DNA from: Sphyrna mokarran
Taxonomy: Eukaryota
Length of the DNA stretch: 64,000 bases
Direction: 5' to 3'
Assembly: GCA_024679065.1 (NCBI GenBank)
Contig: JAGIQG010000014.1
Location: forward strand, 21,576,001 to 21,640,000
The position numbers were made by a program, and so were the translations under genes. Shown one piece after another: positions 35,966 to 48,002 of this stretch; within the stretch, counting starts at the first letter, position 1; each line of letters opens with the position of its first letter. The notes beneath the pieces are model-generated. The model was not told the origin of the DNA. It did not search any database and saw only the letters and a program-made list of their open reading frames with translations.

Positions 35966-36125
35966 CTGAAAGACTGAAGCCAGATTGATGTAGATTTCGA
36001 ACTGGTTGGGGCTGTTTGGAAGGGGATGTCTTGGCTGATGCTGATGGGGTTCCTGCTTTGGGGGTTCCTAGGTCGTACACTGGGCCATCGTACATTCCCC
36101 TGGGTACACCACGCACTTGTGCCAA
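35966..36125 (-). CDS. dpysl3: CRMP/DPYSL penultimate coding exon (160 nt) [53 protein letters not shown](G)
   Basis: Acceptor ctctatctttcctAG and donor TCAG|[15 protein letters not shown] and [13 protein letters not shown] are diagnostic. The T-P/T-P/S/S-P-x-K cluster corresponds to CRMP2 T509/T514/S518/S522. Confidence 0.9.
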
Positions 36126-37519
36126 CTAGGAAAGATAGAGGTGTACATTAGATGTGGACTGCAGTTATACAGAGCGAACGGTCAGGCCTGGCCATGATGG
36201 TGCCAAGAAAGAACTATTCCTGTCTTGCAGTCTTTGAATTTCTCATAGTTTATCTCTTAACATACTTCCTTCTATCACTTGGCCATCAAACACTCAATTC
36301 TTTCACTAAGGCAGTGGCAAGGCCCCAGATCTTTGCCAGCTATGCTGCTGCTAGATGGTACATTGTTAGAGCAACTCTTCCTGTTTCTCCAGAATTGCCA
36401 CCACATGAGGCGGATTAACCGAGGTGGAAAGGATTTTGCCAGAGCCAGATCCATTTCAGTGCAACATATGGCCAAACTATAGATAAGAAAGCAAGGAATA
36501 AGAGAAAAACACAACATTCAACTTGTGGAGCCTAGCAAGTATACACATCATGCACAAAAAATTCCCACACATCCTTTCCACAGCTGGCAAGTCCCTCAGG
36601 AATAACAGCATTCCATGAATTACTTCTAATAATCCTGAATTCCTTTCCTAACCATCTATTCTTCATCAAAATAAATGAACAACAATTTATAGATTGTCCT
36701 TTATGATCTCAGGGCAACGCAAATTCCTTTGCAACCAGTAAAGTGTTGTAATGTTGTACACTATTGTAATGTTGAAGTAAAACTCTCCCTAACCCATGCC
36801 ATCCTATCCACTTGCATGTCACTGATGCTGAGAGGGGAGGATTGTGAATTACATCATTCTTTCATGGAAAGTGGGCTCCATTAACAAGGCCAGCATATGT
36901 TGCCCATCCTTAATTGCCTTTGAGAAGGCGGTAGTGAGCCAACTTATCGAACAGTTACAGTTCATGTGGTGCAGGAACACCCACAGTGCTGTCAGGATGG
37001 AAGGGAGTTCCAGGATTTTGACCCAACGACAGTGAAGAAATGGAGACACAGTTTGAAGTCAGGATGGTGAATGGCGTGGAGGTGTAATGGTGCTCCTGAT
37101 GCTCTTGTCCTTCTAGGTGGAAGAGGTTGTGCATTTGGAAGGTACTGTTGAAAGAGCTTTGGTGAGTTGTATTAGTGCATCTTTTGACGGTACACAAAGC
37201 TACCACTGTGTATCAGTAATGGAAATAAGGAATGTTTAAGGTGGTGAATTGGTCAATTGGCTGAACAAGTGGGCTGCTTTGTCCTAGATGATGTTAAGCT
37301 TCTTGAGTGTTGTTGGAACTCCACTCAACCAGGCAAGTGAAGAGTATTCCAACATAGCCCTGACTTCTGCCCTGTAGATTGTAGTCAAACTGTGGGGAGC
37401 CAGAAAGTGTTTAAAAACGATGTAAAGATAAGTTCAGCAATGACAGGGGTCATTCAGTTTAACTCTAATGATGGAGAAACCTCTAGAAACAACAATGATA
37501 GACAAAATAAAGTCACACA

Positions 37520-39130
37520 GTCAAAAGCAAGTTAATGAAAGAAAGCCAGCATGGATTCCTTAGGGGAAAATTGTATTTAATTAACTTCCTTGAGTTTCTT
37601 GAAGAGGTGACAGCAAGATGTGAGGAGGGCAATGCTGTTAATATAGTGTACATGGACTTCAAAAAGGCATTTAATTTAGTTTATTTTTATTAGTGTTCCA
37701 AGTTACTGTGAAAATCCCCTATTTGCCACACTCTGACACCTGGATACACTGAAGGAGAATTTAGCAGGGCCAATGCACCTAACCAGCAGTACTAACCACT
37801 GTGCCACCATACACTCCCCATACTCTCATTGAGTAAACAGGGAAGTAGCCACCCAGATGCCACAGAGGCAGCATGGTGACACAGTGGTTAGAGTGTCACA
37901 ACACCAGGAACCCGAGTTCAATTCTGACTTCGGATCACTTTCAGTGTGGAGTTTGCACATTCTCCCTGTGTCAGTGTGAGCTTCCTCCAGGTACTCCAGT
38001 TTCCTCCCAAGATGTGCGGTTAGTTTGATTAACCATGGAAAATTATTCCTTAATGTCAGGTGAAGAGCAGGATAAACACGTGGGGTTACAAGGATAAGGT
38101 CTGGGTGAGATTGTAGTCGGTTCAGACTCCTTGGGCCAAATGGCCTCCTTCTGCACTAAAGGAATTCTATCATGCTATGAGATAAGAAATTTGAATAATC
38201 ACTACTGTCTCTCAGCCAACGTTCCTCAGTTTGGTGGGAGGTTTGTGGTAGAGCTCCCCAGGGATCAGTGTTGAAATCCTTGCTTTTCCTGATTTACGTT
38301 AATGACCTGGGCCCTGGTGTACAGGACAAAACTTTATAAAACTTGGAAGCATTGTAAACTGTGGGGACAATAGTGTAAATTTGGTGAAATGGACAGACAG
38401 GTGGCAGATCAGGTTTAATGTAGAGAAATATGAAATGATCCATTTTGGTAGGAAGATCGTGCAATATAAGATAACAATTCTAAACAGGAGCAGAGAGACC
38501 AGAGTGTTTATGCGCAGGGATCTTGGGGGCATGACAGGTTGAGTGCAGAGTCAATAAAGTATCCTGGGCTTAATTAATAAGACAGAGAGCACAAGAGCAA
38601 AGATGGTTGTTAAACTTATGTGTAAAACTCTAAATTTGTCTCCAGCTGGAATATTGCATCCAATTCTGGCCACTGCATTTTGGGAAAAATGTGAGGGCAT
38701 TGCAGATAGTACAGAAAAGAATGATTCCAGGGATGAGAAACTCTGATTGATTGGAGAAGTTGGGACCATCTTCCCTGGAAAAAGGGTGAGAGAAGATTGG
38801 ATAGCGCTGTTCAAAATCGAGAGGTTTGGACAGAACAACTAAGAAGAAAATATTCCCACTTGTAGAAGGATTGCGAACAAGTAGGCACAGATTTAAAGTA
38901 ATTAGTAGAAGAAGCAAAAATGCATGAAGAAGAACTTTTTCACACGGCAAGTGGTGAAGGTCTGGAATGCACTGCCTGAGAGGTGATGAAGGCAGCATCA
39001 GTGGGAACATTGAAAAAAATGGATCATTATCTGAAAAGAAAGAAAGTGCAGCTTTATGGGGAGAAGCAGGAAAAACGCACAAAGCAACTGTTCATTTGGA
39101 GAGTTGGTGCAAATACGATGGGCCGAATGC
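37520..39130 (+). mobile_element. Degenerate CR1 RT region interrupted by two HE1-type SINEs (~37680-37810 minus, 37870-38172 plus)
   Basis: SQHGF and YMDFKKAF-like coding at 37545-37670, PQGSVL-like at ~38255, and C-terminal CR1 motifs to ~39130. Confidence 0.7.
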
Positions 39131-39180
39131 TCTATAAAAATAAAACTTAAAATTCCCAGTCTCCAATCTATTCTTGCACC

Positions 39181-40511
39181 TGTGGACCCAATTTTACTAT
39201 TTTCATTCTAAGAGCTAAATTTGGGCATAATGCAGATCCAACTTAGAAATCTGGTTTCAGGAGCCCCTATATTCACTCAGCCTGAAAAAAACCCGCCACT
39301 ACCATTCGTGCTGTGGGCAGGGCTTAGCACGTCCAAAACAATCGGAGCTCTGAACTGCGCATGCGCAGTCGGAAAACACTTTGAAAAAACACACCCGTGT
39401 CAGATCACTCCCAGGCCACAGAAAGCGGCCCAGGATTGAAAAGTGGGAGAGATGGTGCAGACACACATCACCGTCCTCCTTATCCATCCTGCCCCGCTAC
39501 CCACAGAAATCAGTGTCCCCTCATCCACCCACCCCTCCCCCCTCCACTACCCACAGATATCACTGTCCCCATTTCCACCGCCCTCTCCTCACCCCCCGCA
39601 CCGCTACCCAGACTGTTCTCGTGCAGAGTTGCAGTGGACACCCCCCCCGGTCCCCTCTACCAGAGATCCATTTGCACTCCCAACCCCCCCACCACCAGAG
39701 ATCCATCTGTCCCCTCCACCAGTGAGCGATCGGCTTCCCCCACACTCCCACCAGAGGTTCATCTTATCTGCCTTCCTTCTCCATCTCCCTCCCCCCCCCC
39801 CCACAGAGAACAAGCTGGCCTCACTCCCCCTCCCCCCAAGAGAATGGTGTGGCATCACTCTCTTCCCCTCCCCACATCACAGAGGAACAGCTGACCTGCC
39901 TCCTCCTCCTCCCAACCCACCAGATAATGATCAACTCTCCCACCTCCCCCTAACCCGCGCACCACCACCACCATCGGATAACAATCCGGGCCTCCCTCTC
40001 TCCTCCCCCTCTCCATCAAAGATACATCTGACCCACCTCCTCCTCCCCCTTCCCCACACCCCCTGCAAACCAGGCAACAATCTGGCCTCACTCTCCTCCT
40101 CCCCCACCAGAGAATGATCTTAGGCCCCATTGCCCCCTCCCTCCCCCCAACCATCACTGATCTGAATCAGAGACCGTTGGAAACTCTGAACCCGCTTCCT
40201 TCAGCGGCTGGAGCGCCCGATTCAGGCTTTTATTCAGCAGGTTCATTTTGGCGTGATTCCAGATTGGCGAACGTGGCAGTAAAGGAGGAAATGCTGATGT
40301 AGTTGGGCGGGCAGTTCATTAATTCAACTGAAATGCATGCAAATGCATTTAAATTGCCGTCACGCCTGTTTTGGGTGCGAAGCGGTTTGCTGCCATTCCC
40401 AGGTTTCAGTAAAATGGCCACGTGTGAATCGTATTAATGGCCTCACTCCCGGCTTTACCACATCTTCACACCCGAAAACGGGCACGACGCAATGGTAAAA
40501 TCGGGTCCACA
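39181..40511. mobile_element. 1.33-kb non-autonomous DNA transposon with 21-bp TIRs and C-rich interior
   Basis: Left end TGTGGACCCAATTTTACTATT; reverse complement of right end TGTGGACCCGATTTTACCATT (19/21). No coding similarity. A related left end starts at ~63660. Confidence 0.7.
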
Positions 40512-40547
40512 ATGTTTAATTTTGATCTGTTCAATTTTTGGTGAAGG

Positions 40548-40852
40548 ATCATAGATTCATAGACTTCTTACAGTACAGAGGTGGCCATTTGGCCCATCAA
40601 ATCTGCGCCGATGACAATCTCACCCAGGCTCTATTCACGTAACCCTGCATATTTACCCTAGCTAATCCCTTTGACACTAACGGTCAATTCAGCATAGCTG
40701 ATCAACCTAACCTGCACATCTCTGGGGATTGTGGAAGGAAATCAGAACACTTGGAGGAAACCCACGCAGGCACAGGGAGAACGTGCAAACTCCACACAGA
40801 CAGTGATCTGGGCCAGAATTAAACCCAGGTCTCCGCTAACCACTGTGCCACC
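40548..40852 (-). mobile_element. V-SINE/HE1-type SINE
   Basis: GGAGGAAACCCACGCAGGCACAGGGAGAACGTGCAAACTCCACACAG, plus a reversed CATAGA-type tail. Confidence 0.85.
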
Positions 40853-42501
40853 ATATAACCGTACCCACCTCAGCACGTTGAATGGCGGAGGGGTAGACAG
40901 ATAACTTAGCAATACCACTAACGTCAAGGGAACGTGGCTGGATTCTCTGTTGTTGGGAACGCTCATTGGCCCTGGCAATTGCGTGGTGTAAATGTTGCCG
41001 CGCGTCAGCCCAAGCTTGAATGTTGTCTAGATCTTGCCGCGTACGGACACAGGCTGCTTCAGTACCCGAGGAGTAACCGTATAGTGCTGAACAATGGCTG
41101 CAGTCACAAGTGAGGGAAATCAATCCTACAGGCATTCAATGGGTTAAACTTGGATAAACATACAGAGCTTCAGTGATAAATAGGAATGCTCAAGTTCTGC
41201 CAGGAACATGCAATACCCCATGGAAAATATTGCCGAAGACGTTCAGCATATTGATAGGCTGGCAGTAATTTATTTGCAGGGTGGCAGGAGCATGTATAAA
41301 TATTATTACAAGTCTGCACTAATTAACACTAATCCATCAGCATGGTACTAGGAAAACTAAAACCAGATGTTCCACGCGAAAAAAAATGATAACGGGATTA
41401 GTATGAATTACTGCTGGATCCACGATGAGTTAACGGGTGAATCAACAACCTGACATTTCCAATCTTTGCAGAGTAGGGCTGATGAAAAGGGTTTATCTGT
41501 TATTCAGAAACTCAAGGTGAAGGGCCAAGGCAAACCAAACAAGCATCACCAGACGAAAAGACGACGAGAAACGCAAGATAAATCAAATAGCAGAAGTGAT
41601 ACCCGCGCAGGTTTTAATAGTCTGCAGATTGTAAGGAGGAAGAAGCAAAGCAGCCGATGCTTGCTGCATTATGAACTCAGAAACATCGCTCCGATGGTGA
41701 CAGGAGCTTGCCTCATCCAACAGGATTGCGCAAAAATCTCCGCAATCGTCTTTAAAAACTTCTGTTTATTTGTCATCGGAATGAAGAAATGGTCAGATCC
41801 CTAAAATCCCACCCTCTGCTCTTTGAGCTGTTGTAGTTATTGGATGGATAATTTTATTTCCCTTCATCCAAGTGGTGTTGACCATCTGGTTGCTGCTCGA
41901 TTTGCTGACCTTTTGACTCAAGGCCAGTGCAGATCCTGCCTCTTTCAGTGTCTAAACACACTCACCCAGCAAGGAGTCAGGTGATAGGGCCCAGCATGGG
42001 GAGGGGAATTGGGAACAGGGGTCAGAGTCCAGCAAGAGGGGAAGGGGGATAAGATCCCAACAAGGTGGACAAAGCCCAGGGTTTTGAAGGGGAAACAGGC
42101 CAACAAAGGGGACGGGGGTGGGGGGAGGGTAAGAAATGGACTGAAGCCCAATGGGGAACATTTTGCCCCACTTTTGCCTGAAACTATGTTTAAACCCCAG
42201 GCATTACAGTATACGGAGGAATGGCTGGTTTCTGGAGCTTGGTCACAGATCAGTCACAATCACACTAAATCAACTCCTGTTCCTTTGTTCTCAATGTGTT
42301 TTATTTGATAATCTAACAGTTGCAGTGCTACAAGAAAACTCAGTGCACGTGAGGTACTTTGAAATATTTCTGAGCAACATTTTCTTTAAGTTTAATTTAA
42401 CCATTGCACCTGTGGTTTGCACCAAGTATAACTGGATATTTTTACTGGGAGGAGGGTACACAAACTGAATTCAGGCCCATCTCTGTTTTGAGAATTCATC
42501 A

Positions 42502-42797
42502 TGTAGAGATGCCAGCGTTGGATTGGGGTAAACACAGTAAAAAGTCTCACGACACCAGGTTAGAGTTCAACCAGTTTACTTGATAGTAATCTCAAGCTTT
42601 TGGAAACGGTGTTCCTTCGTCAGGTGTGTGGAAGGTTCTGATCAGAGAAGGGCATATATAAAATATATGCCCTTCTCTATGCCCTTCTCTGATTAGAACC
42701 TTCCACACATCTGACGAAGGAACACCATTCCGAAGGCTTGTGAGATTACTATCAAATAAACTGGTTGGACTTTACCCTGATGTTGTGAGACTTCTTA
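42502..42797. mobile_element. Palindromic Penelope pseudo-LTR pair with a hammerhead motif on each arm and a 14-bp TSD
   Basis: Exact direct repeat TTGAGAATTCATCA at 42488-42501 and 42798-42811. Arms ~42538-42655 and ~42679-42797 are reverse complements. Confidence 0.9.
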
Positions 42798-42984
42798 TTG
42801 AGAATTCATCAGCAGGGGGAGCTCTTATACTACTGAAGTTTTACCATCCACATCTAGCCATAACTGGGGCAGGCTAATTCTATAACTGACTCGAGTAGGC
42901 TAGCTCCAGACTGCGGACAATGATCTGGTCTGTGTGTGATAACTTATACACACACGTATAAGTGGGGGCATGAATGAAGATACA

Positions 42985-43270
42985 TGAGAGGGGAGTGAAG
43001 AGAAGAAAGGAGAGAGGCCCAAGAACGGGAAGGAGGGGAAAGGAGAGAGAGAGAGCGCAAATGGAGAGAGTGAGAACGAGTACTGAGAGTGAGAGAGAGA
43101 AAAAACAGAGTGAGAAGTCAGAGAGAGAAAGGGTAAGTGAGTACAGAGAAAGAGTGCACAAAGAGAGAGCAAGAGAGGAAAGAGAGAGAAAAATAGAGCG
43201 AGAGTACAGAGAGAGAAAGCGCGCAGAGATTGTGAGAGAGAACAAAGAGAGGGGGTGCGAGGAGAGAGAA
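42985..43270. repeat. GA-rich low-complexity purine tract
   Basis: About 290 nt dominated by GAGA/GAAA. Confidence 0.85.
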
Positions 43271-45054
43271 TTGAGTAGGCATAAACATGCAAAAGTAGTA
43301 TTTAAATATATCACTGTCAAGCTATTTGGTACTGTCAACAGACATGCTAAAAATCAAGGGACACAGTGATATTAACAGTGGACTCAGAATCTAACGAATC
43401 CCACCAGTACAGATGGTGAAATCTGAATTCAATAAAAATCTGGAACTGGAAGTCTAACGATAATCGTGAAACTATTGGTGATTGTTATAAAAACCTATCT
43501 GATTCACTACCTTTAAGGAAAGCCCAAAATTTTGTGGGTTAGATTGACTGGCGGCACTAAAATGACCCATAGTGTCAGGGGGATTAGCAGGGTAAATATG
43601 TATGGTTACAGGAATAGGGCCTCTGTTGGATTATGGTCAGTGCAGACCCAATAGGCTGAATGACCTCCTTCTGCACTGTCAACATTCTATAATATCTGCT
43701 GTAGTTACCTGGTCTGGCTGACATGTGATTCCAGATTCACAGCATGAGATTGACTCTTAAAAACTGTCCTCAAATCAATGGCAATTCTGAATGGGCTGGC
43801 CCAGCCAACCCATGCTCATACCCCATGAATGACTAAAACAAAACTGTCAAAAGCATCTGTCAAAAAGAACTGTGAAGGCAAGTAAAAGTCCTGCACTTGA
43901 AACCCCAGGGAAAACAAAACATCTAGAGGTTTACAAAATGATTGCTTGTGATTTCACTCTGCTGCCATAAGCCTGAAGATTCCATTTTCTGGGTTAGTAC
44001 TGTATGACTGATTTCACAACTATACATTATCACAGCCCTTTCACAGTTTGATTGACAGCTACATGTGTTTATAGACTCTGAAGTGGGGGTTTGAACTGTC
44101 ATAAGGAATGCACACTAAAATGAAATATTTGTTGTTATAATACTGTATTAATGCAGTTGCTATAACGCTGTGCTGATATTGCTGGAACGGGATGCGAACG
44201 CAATATTTTCTAATTCCAAAAGAGAAAGTGTCACCAAACAAAGACTGATACCAAATTCAGCAGGTAATTGCTATAATGATTTATTTAGCAAAGGAGTGTA
44301 AATATAGTAAATGTTTTTAATGAATGAAAATGTTTTTCAATATAGTGAAGTCTACAATGATGCTTAAAACTGATTTTATATATAAAATTATCATTTATAA
44401 GACAGAATACATGAATCACATAAGAGAACATGAATATAGGTGACCAACTCATTTGTCAAAAAAATGTAGGTTTTAAGAAATTTCTCAAACTGGTAGAGGC
44501 AAAGAGGTTTAAAGAAGGAAATCCACGTGCCTAGGCAACTGAAGCACGGCCACCCAATGCGGAGTGATTAAAATCAGAGATATTTAAGAGGCCAAAATGA
44601 AAGGAATACAAATATCTCAGAGTTGTATGGCTGGAGGAGATTACAGAGATAGGGAGGAACAAGGCCAAGAAGTGATTTGAAAACAAGATGTTAGTTTTAA
44701 AATTAAAATGTTGCTTGACTAGGTCTTCAATAGCATCAAGTCTACTGAGGGTAGAATGTGGGAAGTTGACCAGGTGTCCATTAAAATAGTTTAGAGGTGA
44801 CAATGGATGAGGTAGTCAGACTCCGGTGATGTAAGTTGAAATAACCTTGGTGATGGTGCAAAAATGCGGTTGGCAACTCATCTCGGTCAAATATGAAAGC
44901 AATTAGCAAACAGTTTGCTTCAGGTTAAAGGGGATGCAGTCACTAGCTGGGAAATAGAGTTTGGAATAGAAACTAAAGATAGCCAAGAGGGCAAACCAGG
45001 GCTTATCTTTATATCTCATCCAAAAGATGACACCTCCATCAGTGCTGCACTCCG

Positions 45055-45265
45055 GGTGGACAGTTGGTTGGCTCAGTTAGCTGGACTGCTGGTTTGTGAT
45101 GTGGAGAGATGCCAACAGCGCAGGTATGATTCCCATACCTACTGAGGTTATTCATAAAGACTCTGCCTGAGGTGTGGTGATCCCAGGTTAAATCACTAAT
45201 AGTTAGCGCTCCCCCTCAAAACGGAGAACAGCTTATGGTTGTCTAGGACTCTGGAGACTTTACCA
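45055..45265 (+). mobile_element. tRNA-derived SINE, third family, nested in DeuSINE-like remnants
   Basis: A-box-like TGGCTCAGTTAG and B-box-like GGTATGATTCC. The flanks resemble the 577-870 family. Confidence 0.5.
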
Positions 45266-46297
45266 TATGCCCTAAATACTACACTGATGTCTCTGGAATA
45301 GGACTCAAACCCACAACCTTCTGATTCCAAAGGAGAAAGTGTAACCAAACAAAGACTGATGCCATTTAGATGCTACTCAATGATTTGAATTGCTACGGGA
45401 TATTCTTAAATGCCTGCCAAGTGAAACTATAATGTAAATCTTCCAATCTCCCGCTCAAAATGCTTTGACTGCAAGTGAGAGTTTCCAGCAGATCTCCATT
45501 AGAAAGTATCACTGCGCTGTGATATGGAGAACTGAAAATATAATCCTCAGGTCTTTACTACTGAAACACTTAACAACTTGGCCCTAATCAAACATTTATG
45601 AATTAAAACTGAATTGTGTACTAGACGTGGAAATCCTTCTCCTGCTAAACATGTGCCCCATGCAGTGGAGCTTGCTAATTAGGGGTAAGCAGAGAGATTG
45701 AAGGTTTATGACTCTCAGCTGAATGTTGTAAACGTTTTCGGGGGCAGGGGGGATGTTTCAGGCAAGGGTGCAATTTCCTAATTAACAAGGCACTGGCTCC
45801 ATTACTGTGGATCATAGCAGCAAGGAACATGTCATGCTGAGAGCATAGCAGTTTGTGCTGTCTCAATAATTAAAAAAATGAAAGGAAAAAGCTTTATTGA
45901 AAGAAAGCACATCCATTTTGGACAGACTGGCCTAGAGGAATCATTTTGAGTTAGGCCAAATGTGAAATGGAGAAAGGACATGAAAATTGGAAGAGATGTC
46001 CAGCATGCAGCTGACCAGACAGTGCCTGTGTTACACAACATTGGCCAGAGGCAGAATGACTCCATGGACGGGACTTTACAGCTTTGCTTGTCCCAAAACC
46101 GTAAAATCCTTCCTGAAGTCAATGGACCTTGCCATTGTCCGCTCCTCGCCCACTCTTATTCCCATAGTGGGCAGGGCGATAAAATTCAGGCCCAATTTTT
46201 CCTATGAACAGTGAACATGAGAATGAACAGAATTAAAGAGCAGCAAGTTTTAAAAAAAAGACTTTCAATCCAATTTTAATGGTTGGAGTAGGGTAGA

Positions 46298-46321
46298 GGG
46301 GGGGGGGGGGGGGGGGGGGGG
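46298..46321. repeat. Poly-G run
   Basis: Uninterrupted G homopolymer of over 20 nt. Confidence 0.9.
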
Positions 46322-46439
46322 TTAGCAACCAAAAGTAATTTCTGTTGTGCCAACAGCCTCACAATTAGCAGCAATGCACTTTGCTGTGATTTATGAAGTT
46401 TCCTTTAGAAGAAAAGAATTTTTCAAATACTTGAATGGA

Positions 46440-47950
46440 AACAAATATATAGCGGAAATACAAGTCAGACAGCATCTGTAAAGAGAGGAACAGAGTCTAT
46501 GTTTCAGGATAATGACCTTTCGCGAAAGCAAAGAAAAAGTTTAAAAATGTAACAAGTACAAAGATGGGGAAAGGAGGGAGGGCGAGGGGAGAACAAGAGG
46601 AAAGGTCTGGAAGGCAGCAGGGATTCAATGACAAAACGTACATTGGAATTGAAGGAGGTGAAAGAGCACTTGTCGCTTCTCCTCCACGTATACGACATGT
46701 TGTTCTGCAAGGGGGAGGGAACATATTGAGATGGTTGAGGAGGCACATTTAGGAATAAAGGAAGGAGAGGGGAAGGGAAGATGTGTTTGGTGGTGGTGTC
46801 ACACTTGAGGTAATGGAAATGGCTGAGGATTGAGTATGGAGAATGGTGGAGCGCAAGTGGAGGTAAAAGGTCCTATCGTAGTTCCACGAGGGAGCGAAAA
46901 GGGCAAGACCAGATGGAAACAGGATGGATGCAGTTGGAGGCTTTGTAAACCTTGGCAATGGCAGGGGCAGAGGAGTCTTTTAATGAGGGAAATGACAGAC
47001 ATTTCAGACGTACTGGTATGAAATGCTTGCATTATCAGAGTAGATGCAATGGAAATGGAGAAACTGGGATAACGGAATTCAATCCGTACAGGTGGTGGGG
47101 TTGGAAACGGAGGAGTCAGGGCAGCTGTGGGAGTCAGTGGGTCTACCCCCAGAAATGGAGACTGTGAAATTGAGGAAGGAAAGGCAGAGTCAGGGACGGA
47201 CTATGTGAAGATGAGAGAAGAGTAGAAATGTTGTTGAAATGTTCCAATTCAGGGCATGAGCGGAAACGGCAATGACATATTCATCAATGTGCTGGAAAAA
47301 AAAGAGATGGGGGGGTGGATGGGGTTGGGGTACCAGATTCAGACCAGGAATGTTCTGTATATCCCTTAACAAGGCAGGCATAGTAAGATCTACACAGATT
47401 CCTATAATAACATCTTTGAGGAAACGTGTTGAGTAAAAAGTTGTACAATGCTCGCTGGAGCAGCAGAAAGGTGAATTGGGTCTGCCTATGTTCTAGGAAG
47501 AAGCAGAGAGGGTTCAGAACATCTCATTGGGGAAATGGAGGTGCAAGGTGCTAAAAATCCCCTAATAAAGGGAAAGATAGAGTTAGGAAACTGAGAACTG
47601 GAGAAATGAAGGAGAGCAACTGAAGAGTTGGGCTGGGAAGAAACCAAACAGTGGGAAGAAAAATTAGTCACAATGGAAAGAAATCACTTCAGTGGAGCAA
47701 GAGCAAGCTGAAACAATGGGTTTACCAAGTTGTGGCTCTTGGGAAGGAGATGGAAGCAGTATATAAGGTTTGGAGGACTTTCAAGCTGTGGCTCTGCAGG
47801 GAGCATCTCCACAAGAGCCAAGATAAGCAACAATCTTGGAAATGCTGCCTTAATGTTGGGTAGTGGAAACATGGATCTGAGAAAGTGATGCCCGAGAGTT
47901 GACATTCAGCCTATGCAGGTGGAGACTGTTTGATTAGATAACAACAGTGG
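46440..47950 (-). mobile_element. Degenerate Penelope-like retroelement (RT and downstream Cys-motif remnants)
   Basis: Minus translations PHLFFFQHIDEYV (RYIDD-like), IPLSQFLHFHCIYSD (IPFSQFLRLRRICS-like) and KCSFTS, with a decayed hammerhead-like stretch near 46500-46530. Confidence 0.65.
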
Positions 47951-48002
47951 AGATTCTATGATGGCAGCTCCCCACCACCTTCTCAAGGATGTTTTGGAAA
48001 AA

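Noticed and set aside
39381-40157. Several long Pro-rich or Gly-rich ORFs, up to 224 aa
   Set aside because: By-products of the C-rich low-complexity interior of a TIR element; open in many frames with no domain.
41466-41804. 112-aa basic ORF in a non-repeat island
   Set aside because: Non-ATG start, no domain, and antisense within the DPYSL intron.
42880-43369. Arg/Glu-rich and Leu/Ser-rich ORFs
   Set aside because: Translation of the GA tract.
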